In this document: one piece after another, positions 35,250-44,933 of the stretch
Position numbering within the stretch: the first letter of the stretch is position 1
How the letters are laid out: each line of letters begins with the position of its first letter
Assembly (NCBI GenBank): GCA_039030515.1
Contig: JBCCEA010000016.1
Coordinates: forward strand, 23,049-87,048
From: Myxococcota bacterium
GTDB taxonomy: Bacteria > Myxococcota_A > Polyangia > Polyangiales > Houyiibacteriaceae
Reading direction: 5' to 3'
Length of the DNA stretch: 64,000 nt
Position numbers and translations under genes: made by a program
Notes under the pieces: generated by a model
The model's input: only the letters and a program-made list of their open reading frames with translations
Told to the model about the DNA's origin: nothing
Databases searched by the model: none

Positions 35250-35936
35250 CTAGGCCGGACGGCTGCCAAAAATACTGGAGCCAATTCGAACCACGGTCGC
35301 CCCCTCCTCGATCGCGACCTCGAAGTCCTGGCTCATCCCCATCGAGAGGTCTTTGAGCCCGAGCGACTCGGCCCGCTCCCGAATCCGCTGAAACGTAGGC
35401 CGTGCCGCTTCAGGATCTTCCTCTGCCGAGGGGATCACCATCAGCCCACGTACATCGAGCGCGCTCAGCTCCCGGACCTGCGCGACAAGTTCATCCAAAC
35501 GATCTGGTGGACACCCAGACTTTTGAGGCTCCGAAGAGAGCTTGGTCTGCACAAACACCTCGGTGCAGGTGCCGGCCTCTTGCGAGAGCCGCGCCAGCCG
35601 CTGGGCCAACCGAATCGAATCGACGGTGTGTACCGAAGCGCCGATGCGAACCACATCTCGTACCTTGTTGCGCTGAAGATGCCCGATGAGGCAAAAACGG
35701 ATGTCCGGCAGATCGCGGAGCGCGTCGAATTTTTCGACCATTTCTTGGACGTAGTTCTCACCAAAATCTCGTTGTCCTAGCGCATACGCCGCGCGAATGA
35801 ATTCCGGGCGATGGCGCTTGCTGACGGCTACCAAACGGACCTCGGCAGGATCGCGCCCTACCCTCAGACAGGCGCTCCGGATCCGCGTGCGAATTGCCTC
35901 AAGCCGGCTCGGCAAAGTGTCGTTCATCAAGGCCAT
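35250..35936 (-). CDS. yggS: YggS/YlmE-family PLP-binding (PLP homeostasis) protein
   Basis: 228 aa. LVAVSKRH (PLP Lys), FGENYVQE, IGHLQRNK, LSMGMSQDFEVAIEEGAT.VRIGSSIFG. Confidence 0.9.
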   Translation of the reverse strand: MALMNDTLPSRLEAIRTRIRSACLRVGRDPAEVRLVAVSKRHRPEFIRAAYALGQRDFGENYVQEMVEKFDALRDLPDIRFCLIGHLQRNKVRDVVRIGASVHTVDSIRLAQRLARLSQEAGTCTEVFVQTKLSSEPQKSGCPPDRLDELVAQVRELSALDVRGLMVIPSAEEDPEAARPTFQRIRERAESLGLKDLSMGMSQDFEVAIEEGATVVRIGSSIFGSRPA

Positions 35937-36583
35937 CGTGAAATCGCACCGTGGCGACGCAAAAGGGCGATCGTTCGGGAAGACGGTAAGCCCACCACGT
36001 TATCGTAGCAGCCCGAGATTTCGTCTACGAGCCCGGCGCCGAGTCCCTGAATGGCATAGCCGCCCGCTTTGTCCATCCCCTCGCCCGTCGCCACGTAGTC
36101 AGAGCGTTCTTGCTCGCTCAAAGAACGGAAGCGAACTTCTGTTTGACACATGCAGGTTTCGAGAATCGCCGGATCTGTATCAACCAGGCCAAGCGTCACT
36201 GCGGTACCCACCCGATGGGTTCGCCCGGAGAGACGATGCAAAAAAGAAGCACACTCTGCAGGGTCCTGGGGTTTTCCCATGAGCTCGCAAACTGGAATTT
36301 CGTCATCATGCATGCTGTTTTTGTGTGCTTTATATTCCAAAAAAATCGACGTATCCGCAGCAAGCACGAAACAAGGCTCAACGACTCGATCAAGAGCCAA
36401 ACGCGCCATGACGTGCATCGCCTTCTCTTGAGCCACCCGGCACACGTACGCAGGGGCAAGCTCACCCTGGTGCGGCGTTTCATCAATATCTGCTGCAATG
36501 GCGATATGGGGAATGCCGAGTCTGTTGAGAATATCCCTGCGACGCGGTGACGCAGAGGCGAGAACTAGCTGTGGGTCAGTCAT
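35927..36583 (-). CDS. maf: Maf-like nucleoside triphosphate pyrophosphatase
   Basis: LVLASASPRRRDILNRLGI...KAGGYAIQG. There is a 10-nt overlap with the yggS start. Confidence 0.9.
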   Translation of the reverse strand: MTDPQLVLASASPRRRDILNRLGIPHIAIAADIDETPHQGELAPAYVCRVAQEKAMHVMARLALDRVVEPCFVLAADTSIFLEYKAHKNSMHDDEIPVCELMGKPQDPAECASFLHRLSGRTHRVGTAVTLGLVDTDPAILETCMCQTEVRFRSLSEQERSDYVATGEGMDKAGGYAIQGLGAGLVDEISGCYDNVVGLPSSRTIALLRRHGAISRWP

Positions 36584-36683
36584 CTGCCGCTCTCGACGGG
36601 CGCCCTGGGATCGAACTCTCGATCACACGTCTTTCGCGCCACGCTACGCTGCCCGGTCGCACCGAACTGTCTGAGCTGCGCAA

Positions 36684-38345
36684 TCAGTTCCGCTCCTCAA
36701 AGTAACGTCGATACTTGCGCACATAGGTGCGACTGACCTGTTCCGGATCGAGCAGCAGGTATTTTGCAAACTCTATGATGAATCCTCGAACGTACACCGA
36801 AGCGGGCAACTGATCAAAAGCGTCCTCTTCGATGGCAAGAAGATGACTCACGCTGACCTTCGTTCGTTTACTCACGTCCTTTAGATCGATGCGCTGCGAC
36901 TCGCGCACCGCTCGAAGCAATGGCCCGGTGAACTCCGTATCGGGTGTGATGGCGGGAGGCGGCATCGACGTTCGGGGCTCTTCGGGAACCGTTTCGATCT
37001 CGGGGGACGGTTCACTCGGGAACACACTCAGCTCGTACGGACGCCGTCGCGCGGGATCGAGAAGCACGTCATATGCCTCGTCAAGCCGGGTGCGCAGTGC
37101 CGTGATTCCAGCATCGTCGAATAGTCCGTAGCAGCATAACGAGTCCAAGGAATACACTTCACGCGCACGCTTGTACGCCCTGCGTATCTCCTCATCATTG
37201 GCACCGCGGGCCACTTCGACGAGGTCGTGGTGACTTTCCGGAGGCGCGGCGCTCGACGCCTCACGTCGCTCGGTTCCCGCCTCGATGGACAGCGCGCGTC
37301 GTGCGATCTTTTCGATACTCTTGCTGGCTCGGGTTCCTGGGCTCTCGACAAGCAGGGGTCTTGAGGCTCGAACGCAGCTCCATACGGTATCGTCGTAATC
37401 GATGTAACCGAGGTAGTCGAGGTGGAGTGCCAAGCGACGCCGCGCTGCACTGCGCATCCTATCGCCCAGTTCTAAATCGGCGCGAAGCCGGGTCTGGTTC
37501 AACACCATGCGAAAACGGAAGGTAGCCATCGCATCGCGAACGATGTCGGCAAGCGCACCTCCCTGCTTTTCTAGGTGGCGAAGCACGTCCAGCGCCGGAG
37601 GTGCCTTGCCTATGTCGCGTACCAGGGTCATGAGCCGAGATCGCAGGCGCGGTTCCTTTACGACGCGCTGCGCATGACGCATGAACGCGTAGCGCATAAA
37701 TCGGTAGGTATTCTCGATGGCGGTCGGCTCGGGAAGCGTGACAAAAAGGGCAAGGTCTGCCTGAAGCCAACAATCAAGCATGCTTCGTCGAAAACCAGCC
37801 CCAAGATCGACAACAAGGTACTCCGCTTCAAGCTGCCGCAAATTACGATAGAGGCCATCTCTCATCGACAAGCGTGCGGTCTTGGACGTGGGCTCATCTA
37901 GACCCGCGTGAAGGAGCTTGAGACCCGGGATGGGGGTATCGCGTAGACGCCACGCGCCCGTCTGGTCCGGATCTGCCGAAAATCGATCGAGGGCCGGTCG
38001 TGGTGGCTCACGGTAACGGGGAAACGTGTGCGCGGGAGGTTGATAGGTTGCGATAGGCCTCGGTGACGACACGCCTAAAAAGGTATGTAAGCTGGATCCG
38101 GTTGAATCCGCATCGACGACGATAACTTGCCTACCTATCGTCGCCAGGTAGAGCGCTAGGTTGGCCGAAAAAAGAGACTTGCCGACCCCGCCTTTGGCGC
38201 CTGAAATCGCGATCACTCGCTGCGGTTTGAGCCCTGGGCGAAACCCGGGCGGTGGTGTACCTCCGGAACATTCTTCTTCCACGGCAGCACTACCGGCACC
38301 TGCGTCTCGAAGAACTTCGAGCTCTTCGCATGCTCTCTCGATCAT
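36684..38345 (-). CDS. MinD/ParA-like P-loop ATPase fused to a J-like domain and a C-terminal RodZ/XRE-type HTH
   Basis: Deviant Walker A VIAISGAKGGVGKS and Walker B-like YLVVDLGAG. J-like DLVEVARGANDEEIRRAYKRAREVYSLDSL...LDEAYDVLLDPARRRPYE, with SLD where HPD is expected. C-terminal IDLKDVSKRTKVSVSHLLAIEEDAFDQLPASVYVRGFIIEFAKYL. Confidence 0.75.
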   Translation of the reverse strand: MIERACEELEVLRDAGAGSAAVEEECSGGTPPPGFRPGLKPQRVIAISGAKGGVGKSLFSANLALYLATIGRQVIVVDADSTGSSLHTFLGVSSPRPIATYQPPAHTFPRYREPPRPALDRFSADPDQTGAWRLRDTPIPGLKLLHAGLDEPTSKTARLSMRDGLYRNLRQLEAEYLVVDLGAGFRRSMLDCWLQADLALFVTLPEPTAIENTYRFMRYAFMRHAQRVVKEPRLRSRLMTLVRDIGKAPPALDVLRHLEKQGGALADIVRDAMATFRFRMVLNQTRLRADLELGDRMRSAARRRLALHLDYLGYIDYDDTVWSCVRASRPLLVESPGTRASKSIEKIARRALSIEAGTERREASSAAPPESHHDLVEVARGANDEEIRRAYKRAREVYSLDSLCCYGLFDDAGITALRTRLDEAYDVLLDPARRRPYELSVFPSEPSPEIETVPEEPRTSMPPPAITPDTEFTGPLLRAVRESQRIDLKDVSKRTKVSVSHLLAIEEDAFDQLPASVYVRGFIIEFAKYLLLDPEQVSRTYVRKYRRYFEERN

Positions 38346-38533
38346 CTGCGCATGTGGGTACCAAGCGCTTCTCCGACACGCAAACCGAGACCAAACGCCC
38401 TGGCCGCGAACCTCTTCGTTTTGAGATCGCTCCGTTTCCTAAACCGAACGGACGTCACGTTCGAATGCATCACGTGCTGCGGTGTTTCCGCGGATACCCG
38501 CAACCCGAGGGCAGTCCACTCGATAAGGAAGGT

Positions 38534-40141
38534 ATGAGTCGCATGTCGATCCTTTGTTGCACGCTCTTCGGGTGCATCGATACCGCGGGAATTGAGCCTT
38601 CAGAGGTCAAAGAGAAGTCTTCCGACGCCAGCATTCACGAGACACCCACCCCAGCGGTCGTCGACGCTTATGCCACGGACTATCGAGGTCACACAGTGCC
38701 GCTCCAAGAGCTGCCCTTGCGGCCGCGATTTCATCTAGTGGTTCGCGATATCGAACCTTCGAAACCGGGATCGATTCATCTTTTCCTGCCCGGCGATCTC
38801 GACAAGATCCTCAAAGACCTAGCGAGGGCACCGATCCTCAGTCGGCATCTCGAACTGTCCCATCCGATCGACGTCGTCTTTGGCGAAAAGCGCATTGACG
38901 TCACGCCGATCGAGGCCCTCACGGCAGGCCAGGAATACGTCCTTGCGGTAGCAGGATGGGCAGGGTCCGGCGAGGCGCGACTCGAGGCCCCGCACCATAC
39001 AGAGGTTCGGGTTTCTTCAGGCTCCCCGGGCGCTGAAGTGCTCGAGTCCTTCCCCGCAGACGGAACGGCCGGAGTACCGATCGACCTCGCCAGCATCGCG
39101 TTACGATTTAGCGATACGGTGCACTTCGCGAGCGGCTCAGTCGAACTGCGCGATCCGGACCAACGCACGGTGCCGGTAGTTACAAAAAACGCGTCGTGCA
39201 TCGACCTGGGCTGGAGCGAGGGCTTCTGCGTCGAAGTGTCTCCCGCAGAGCAGCTCCGCCTCGATGCGGACTACAGCCTGCATCTCAGTGCTCAGGTCTC
39301 AGACCGTCACGGTGCTCCGGTAGGCCCCTGGGAGATGCGTTTTCGTACGGGAGTCAGCCCGGCGCTCAGCTGGGTACCGTTGACGTGCGCCATTCACGAG
39401 ACGGAGACCGAGTTTGGATGCGTCCTGATAGACGACAGTTCGGCCTTTCTACGGCTTCAGACAAATCTACCGAGTCGCTTTCAAATCATTTTGGACAGCC
39501 ATCTGCTCGTAGGAACCGCACCTCGGGGCGCCGCTGAATTCCAGATCGATGTCGGGACGCCTCAAACCGACATCGTCGCCATCGTGGAAGCGAATGGACT
39601 CAATGGTGCACAGCTGAATCATTGGTTGGAGCTTCAAACCACGGAACCCTTGGCGACACTCTCTATCGACGAAATACTCTCCAACCCACTCGGTCCAGAG
39701 CCGCGACAGGAGTGGGTCGAGATCTGGAACTATGGTCCCGACCCCGTCGACTTGGCAGGATTCAACCTAAGCGACCGAGCAGACCGTGAGGGAGATTTCT
39801 TCGCTGCAGGACAAATCCTGGCGCCCGGTGCTCGGGCACTCATCGTATCCGCTTCTTTTGCGGCATCCGAGAGCGCGGAGGCACCGATTCCTGCCGGAAC
39901 GCCTTTACTGAGCGTAGACAACTCGTTGGCCAGCGGAGGGCTGACCAACTCTGGTGAGCCGCTCTGGCTTCGTGACTCGGCACAGCGGCGCATTTCGGCC
40001 GCACCGGCCACACCACCTCCCGCAGCAGGCGTCTGTCGGATTCGGACCTCTCCCAATCGTCGATCGGGGCAACCGGGCACGTTCGGCTACGACCCGCGTA
40101 GCTCATGCACCCCAGGTCGCGCTACAAAGCCGAAGTCGTAA
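38534..40141 (+). CDS. Lipoprotein with Ig-like region and C-terminal lamin-tail domain (LTD)
   Basis: Trimmed to ATG 38534 (AAGGAAGG Shine-Dalgarno; MSRMSILCCTLFG-C lipobox). C-terminal LSIDEILSNPLGPEPRQEWVEIWNYGPDPVDLAGFNLSD...LTNSGEPLWLRD matches the LTD pattern. Confidence 0.7.
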   Translation: MSRMSILCCTLFGCIDTAGIEPSEVKEKSSDASIHETPTPAVVDAYATDYRGHTVPLQELPLRPRFHLVVRDIEPSKPGSIHLFLPGDLDKILKDLARAPILSRHLELSHPIDVVFGEKRIDVTPIEALTAGQEYVLAVAGWAGSGEARLEAPHHTEVRVSSGSPGAEVLESFPADGTAGVPIDLASIALRFSDTVHFASGSVELRDPDQRTVPVVTKNASCIDLGWSEGFCVEVSPAEQLRLDADYSLHLSAQVSDRHGAPVGPWEMRFRTGVSPALSWVPLTCAIHETETEFGCVLIDDSSAFLRLQTNLPSRFQIILDSHLLVGTAPRGAAEFQIDVGTPQTDIVAIVEANGLNGAQLNHWLELQTTEPLATLSIDEILSNPLGPEPRQEWVEIWNYGPDPVDLAGFNLSDRADREGDFFAAGQILAPGARALIVSASFAASESAEAPIPAGTPLLSVDNSLASGGLTNSGEPLWLRDSAQRRISAAPATPPPAAGVCRIRTSPNRRSGQPGTFGYDPRSSCTPGRATKPKS

Positions 40142-40288
40142 ACCAAGGCCCAATCCTCAAGTAGCGATTAACCTAAGGGCTCCACCAAACCTATGGACAC
40201 GGCCTATGGGAGGTCGCCCGAACGTGCATCTAGATCTGGCGTCAAAAAGCGGAAGCAGACACGCGCGAGTTGGCTCCCTAGAGGGCGC

Positions 40289-42520
40289 ATGACTCCAAGA
40301 GCCTTTGAGACCTCGATCCCTCGAGCAGGGTCACCTGCAGAGGAGACCTTCGACATGGTCGTGGAGGAAATCGTGTTCCAGAGTGCGGATGGCGAGTACA
40401 CCGTCATCCGAGGCCGATCCGAAGAAGCGCAGCGAGAGTCTGCTGCTCCGACCGCCGTTGGAAATCTCGGAACGGTGCGCGTCGGGGAAACCCTCCGGCT
40501 GCAGGGGCAGTTCCGAGACCATCCGACCTACGGGCGGCGCTTCCAAGTGCGCTCTTTTGCTCCGGTCACACCCGATACCGAGACGGGCATCAAACGTTAT
40601 CTCGGCTCTGGGCTGGTTCCCGGGGTGGGCCCAAAGATCGCCGAGCGACTGGTAGAGGCGTTCGGAACGCAAACCCTCGAGGTCATCGCCGAGCATCGAG
40701 ACAAGCTTCTCGAGGTCGAAGGCATTGGCGGTCGTCGAGCAGAGGCGATATCGGACGCTGTGCTCGCGCGTCGCGCGGAGGTCGCGCAGCTTGGTTTTTT
40801 GCACGGCTTGGGGCTCGGTCCGGCAACGGCCAACCGCGTGCTCAGGCGATACGGAGCCGAAGCCTCGCGAGTCGTTCGAGACAACCCTTATCGAATCGCA
40901 GAAGAAGTCCCGGGGCTCGGTTTCAAAATGGCCGATCGAATCGGCACCGCGGTGGGCGTCGCTCCGAGCGATCCAAGGCGTGCGGCAGGTGCCCTGCTTC
41001 ACTCCCTCTCTCAAGCTGCTGACGACGGGGACGCCTTTCTCGACGCCGAGGAACTTTTCGAGCGCATCAAGCCTCTGAACATCGAAAAGCCTGCATTTAA
41101 GATCGCGCTCGAAGACCTTCAGAAGAGAGAGCTCATTCACGTAGACAGCGATTCGATTTACGCGCCTCCGCTTTTCAAAGCAGAGGTTAGTATTGCGTCA
41201 GACCTCACAAAACTCCTCCGCCGGCCTGCCGCCATGCGCGCCTCAGAACCAAAGGCCGCAGCCGCAGCGCGTTCCGAACTCCTTTCAGACCAGCAACGGT
41301 TCGCGGTGGATGCATCGATGTGCCATCGGGTTCTGGTTGTGACCGGTGGACCGGGAACGGGAAAAACGACGACGATTCGCGCCATAGTCGACGCACATCA
41401 GGCCGCTGGACACCGCATCGCGCTTTGTGCGCCAACCGGAAGGGCCGCAAGGCGCATGTCGGAAGCGACCGGCTTTGAGGCAAAAACGATTCATCGAACC
41501 TTGGAGTGGGCACCTGGCTACGGCTTCCGTCGAAACCGAGCCCATCCCATCGATGCCGAACTCATCCTCGTCGATGAGGCGTCCATGGTAGACCTGCACC
41601 TTGCTGCGCAACTTCTCGAGGCGATCGCACCTTCGAGCAGGATCGTTTGGGTCGGTGATATCGATCAGCTGCCCTCCGTTGGAGCTGGCAAAGTGCTTGA
41701 GGACCTCATCGATTCTGGGGTCGTCGAGACGGTTCGTTTTGGTCAGGTTTTTCGACAGGCCGCCGAGAGCGCGATCGTGCAGGGCGCGCACGCTATCTTG
41801 AGTCGAAAGGTTCCGAAGTCCACCGAACAGGCAGGCGGACGGGATGCATGCGGTGATCTATTTCTCGTGCGCGAAAAGTCTTCTGAGAACATCGCTCAGA
41901 AGCTGATCCACCTGATAGAGCGCATGCATCGAGCATATGGCCTCGATCCGATGCGCGACATCCAGGTGCTTGCGCCGATGCGACGCGGCCCCGCGGGAAC
42001 CGATGCGCTCAATCAAGTTCTGGCCCATCACCTGAATCCAGGACGTCCGCGCCCCCACCCCGGTTCATTGGCTCCCGGTGATAAGGTCATGCAGCTCAGA
42101 AACAACTACGATAAGGAAGTCTACAACGGTGACATAGGGCACATACGACACATCGAAGGGGGCTCGGTCCACGTCATGATCGAATCGAGAGAAGTGATCT
42201 ATGCCGCTGACGAGACAGACGAACTGACCCTGTCTTACGCATCTACAGTGCACAAAGTTCAGGGCAGCGAGTTCCCTTCTGTCATCATGGTGCTGCACGC
42301 GTCTCACCACGTGCTGCTCAGCCGGTCACTCGTCTACACCGGGCTGACCAGAGCCCGAAAGCTCGCAGTGTTTTTGGGAGACCCAGGCGCGCTAGAACGC
42401 TCGGTAAAACGCTCCGGCGCGAGAGCGCGTAACTCGCATCTTGCTCCGCGCCTAAGGCAGCTCGCCTCATCGGCATCGGTTCATGGAGGCCTGAGTTCCG
42501 ACCGCCAAGAGATACCGTAA
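40289..42520 (+). CDS. recD2: RecD2-type SF1 ATP-dependent DNA helicase
   Basis: HhH region (GLVPGVGPKIAERL), Walker A VVTGGPGTGKTT, LILVDEASMVD, VGDIDQLPSVGAG, C-terminal YASTVHKVQGSEF and YTGLTRA. The start is uncertain: ATG 40289 or 40355, with track start 40193 also possible. Confidence 0.9.
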   Translation: MTPRAFETSIPRAGSPAEETFDMVVEEIVFQSADGEYTVIRGRSEEAQRESAAPTAVGNLGTVRVGETLRLQGQFRDHPTYGRRFQVRSFAPVTPDTETGIKRYLGSGLVPGVGPKIAERLVEAFGTQTLEVIAEHRDKLLEVEGIGGRRAEAISDAVLARRAEVAQLGFLHGLGLGPATANRVLRRYGAEASRVVRDNPYRIAEEVPGLGFKMADRIGTAVGVAPSDPRRAAGALLHSLSQAADDGDAFLDAEELFERIKPLNIEKPAFKIALEDLQKRELIHVDSDSIYAPPLFKAEVSIASDLTKLLRRPAAMRASEPKAAAAARSELLSDQQRFAVDASMCHRVLVVTGGPGTGKTTTIRAIVDAHQAAGHRIALCAPTGRAARRMSEATGFEAKTIHRTLEWAPGYGFRRNRAHPIDAELILVDEASMVDLHLAAQLLEAIAPSSRIVWVGDIDQLPSVGAGKVLEDLIDSGVVETVRFGQVFRQAAESAIVQGAHAILSRKVPKSTEQAGGRDACGDLFLVREKSSENIAQKLIHLIERMHRAYGLDPMRDIQVLAPMRRGPAGTDALNQVLAHHLNPGRPRPHPGSLAPGDKVMQLRNNYDKEVYNGDIGHIRHIEGGSVHVMIESREVIYAADETDELTLSYASTVHKVQGSEFPSVIMVLHASHHVLLSRSLVYTGLTRARKLAVFLGDPGALERSVKRSGARARNSHLAPRLRQLASSASVHGGLSSDRQEIP

Positions 42521-42627
42521 AGCCGCAACATATGCCTCTCGACGCGCTGCCGCTTTTTCGCCCCCGCACAGCCGCAGTCACCGAGGGACGCCGTGGTGCC
42601 TTTGCCTGCACATCCCGCACAAGCTTA

Positions 42628-43740
42628 TTAAGTGTTTATTGAGCTGCGCACTCGACCCTCAACGGCCGCGACCACGCCATCATGAAATGCTGGCCGAAAC
42701 CCCTGGATTTTCGTGTTTGCACGAGTTGGATGCACCCGGTTGGTCAGAAGAACGATGACCAGATCCCTCGATGGATCACACCAAATGCTGGTTCCCGTGG
42801 GACTCTCTGCCCCAAAGCTCTCAGCAGCCAATCGTTTGCCGGCTGCATCGAGGGGATGACGTCGTCGCCATCCGACCCCGATACCGCTGCTCGGGTTCAC
42901 GTCTAGAGCAGACCGAATGACATCTAGAGCAAGAAAGTCCGACCTTCCTTTGAGCACGTCCAAAATCGCACGCCCCATGACGGCGACTCCCCGAGCGGTT
43001 CCAAAAAGCCCCGCGTGTCCGGAGACCCCACCGAGAGCCCAGCAGTTTTCGTCGCCTACCTCACCCTGAATGACGTTTCCGCGCCAGTCACACTGCTGTC
43101 CTGGAGCTGCGCGCCGCATCCACCGAGCTTTCTGATCGACCGGAACCGTGGCCGCATATCTCACCGATGAGTCGATTCCGAGGGGCCGGGTCACATAGTG
43201 CGCCACAAGCGTATCCAGCGGGAGCGAGGCAGTTTTCGACATCACCTCACCGGCGATGAGGTAACCCAGATCGCTCTGCATCGACTCGCCTAACCCGTCA
43301 GTCCGAGCGCGACGGGACGCTTCGCTGAGAATCCATCGCTTTGCAGCCGGAGTGCCCGAATCGTGAGGGACGTCGAGGTACAGTGCCCCCCAAGGATCGA
43401 GGCCACCCTGGTGTCGCAAGAGCTGGTTCACGGTCGCGCTTCCTACGGATCCACCACGAACATCACCGAGCACTTCTTCGGCAGGCATGCTGAGGTCGAG
43501 CTCTCCGAACGCATTCATCCTCAAGGCGGTCAGCGCCACAAAGAGCTGCGTCATCGAACCAAGGTCGTAGGGGGTATCCTGCTCTACCAGGTCCCCTTTA
43601 GAACGGAGCCTACCTCCCCATGCTAGGGTCTCCACCGGCTTATCATCCTCACGACACCAGACGGTCGAAGTACCTCCCGGAAAGACCTGTCCGGCAACGC
43701 CGGCCTGGATGAGCCGTGATGCTGTGTTGCGAATGCTCAA
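42628..43740 (-). CDS. Beta-lactamase/transpeptidase-fold (class C/PBP4*-like) protein, catalytic motifs apparently degenerate
   Basis: 370 aa with a TTG start. Fold signature DTPYDLGSMTQLFVALTAL, LLRHQGGL, GHAGLFGT. S-x-x-K reads S-M-T-Q (codons at 43546-43557). Confidence 0.75.
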   Translation of the reverse strand: MSIRNTASRLIQAGVAGQVFPGGTSTVWCREDDKPVETLAWGGRLRSKGDLVEQDTPYDLGSMTQLFVALTALRMNAFGELDLSMPAEEVLGDVRGGSVGSATVNQLLRHQGGLDPWGALYLDVPHDSGTPAAKRWILSEASRRARTDGLGESMQSDLGYLIAGEVMSKTASLPLDTLVAHYVTRPLGIDSSVRYAATVPVDQKARWMRRAAPGQQCDWRGNVIQGEVGDENCWALGGVSGHAGLFGTARGVAVMGRAILDVLKGRSDFLALDVIRSALDVNPSSGIGVGWRRRHPLDAAGKRLAAESFGAESPTGTSIWCDPSRDLVIVLLTNRVHPTRANTKIQGFRPAFHDGVVAAVEGRVRSSINT

Positions 43741-43832
43741 AATACGCCCGGCTTTGCCTATAATTTTGATACCCCACCCGGCGGGTTCGATTCTACAAAA
43801 ATTTTTGAACCTGAGCGTTCCTAGGGGAGACG

Positions 43833-44882
43833 ATGACGTTGGATATGCGGCCCTACCTTACCGATGAATACCCTCCGATTTCTGGGCGATTCCGCTCAAA
43901 TCCCGAGGACTTTCGTGTCGATGAACTGCCCGCCTATGCCCCGAGCGGAAGCGGCGAACATGCATTGATTCACATCAAAAAAGTCGGACTCTCTACCGGC
44001 GAAGCCGTACGACGCGTGGCGGAGGCCGCAGAAACCAACCCGAGTCAGGCCGGATATGCCGGGTTGAAGGACAAGTATGCCGTCACAAGACAATGGATAA
44101 GTCTGCACAAACCTGACCTTCAGGCACTGCACAACGCAGAATTAGAAGGAATCGAAATACTCGAAACCAAAGCACATTCACGCAAACTCAAAACGGGTCA
44201 TCTGCGCGGAAACCGATTTCAGCTTTGTATCAGAGGCACTCCTGCGGATCGGGATTCAGACGTGCAAGCGATCCTCGACCGACTCCAGCAAAAGGGAGTG
44301 CCCAACTATTTCGGGGAGCAGAGGTTCGGCAGCCGAGGCGAAAATCTAGAGCGCGCACGCGCATGGCTCGTCGAGGGGAAGCGAAGTCCTCGAGACCGAT
44401 TTCAGCGTAAGTTCATGGTTTCCACCCTGCAGAGCGCGGCGTTCAACCGGTGGTTGGCCGATCGCATGAACTGGAACCGATGGGGCTCGGTCGTCGACGG
44501 GGACTTGGCACGTAAGGAGTCCACCGGCGGCATGTTCGTCGTAGAAGACCTTACACGCGACCTCGAGCGAGCCGCTCAGTTCGACATCAGCGCGACCGGC
44601 CCGATGTTTGGTCCTCGCATGCGCTGGCCGGAACGAGTGGCTCGAGAGCACGAGGCAGATCTGATGCAGGATCAGGGACTCACCGAGGAGGTACTCGGGC
44701 GGATGGCTCGAATCGGTCCAGGAACTCGGCGCTGTGAGCGCGTCCCCCTTGCCGATGCGGCGCTGAGACGCGCGGGTGACGAGAGCATCTGGGTCTCCTT
44801 CACCCTCCCCGCCGGTGCGTACGCAACGGTGGTGCTCCGCGAGCTTCTCAAGCAGGGTGCGGCGGAAGGACACTCGCGCTAA
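43833..44882 (+). CDS. truD: tRNA pseudouridine(13) synthase
   Basis: FRVDELP, GYAGLKDKYAVTRQW (catalytic Asp), NYFGEQRFG. Confidence 0.9.
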   Translation: MTLDMRPYLTDEYPPISGRFRSNPEDFRVDELPAYAPSGSGEHALIHIKKVGLSTGEAVRRVAEAAETNPSQAGYAGLKDKYAVTRQWISLHKPDLQALHNAELEGIEILETKAHSRKLKTGHLRGNRFQLCIRGTPADRDSDVQAILDRLQQKGVPNYFGEQRFGSRGENLERARAWLVEGKRSPRDRFQRKFMVSTLQSAAFNRWLADRMNWNRWGSVVDGDLARKESTGGMFVVEDLTRDLERAAQFDISATGPMFGPRMRWPERVAREHEADLMQDQGLTEEVLGRMARIGPGTRRCERVPLADAALRRAGDESIWVSFTLPAGAYATVVLRELLKQGAAEGHSR

Positions 44883-44933
44883 GTCTTCGCCGTCGGTACT
44901 GCGGACTTCAATCGTTCCGCTGCAGAGGGAACT

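Noticed and set aside
43771-43800. GGGTTCGATTC, a tRNA T-loop-like motif in the spacer upstream of truD
   Set aside because: The flanking bases (GGCGGG...CTACAA) cannot form a T-stem, and no acceptor or anticodon arms can be drawn. It is not a tRNA.
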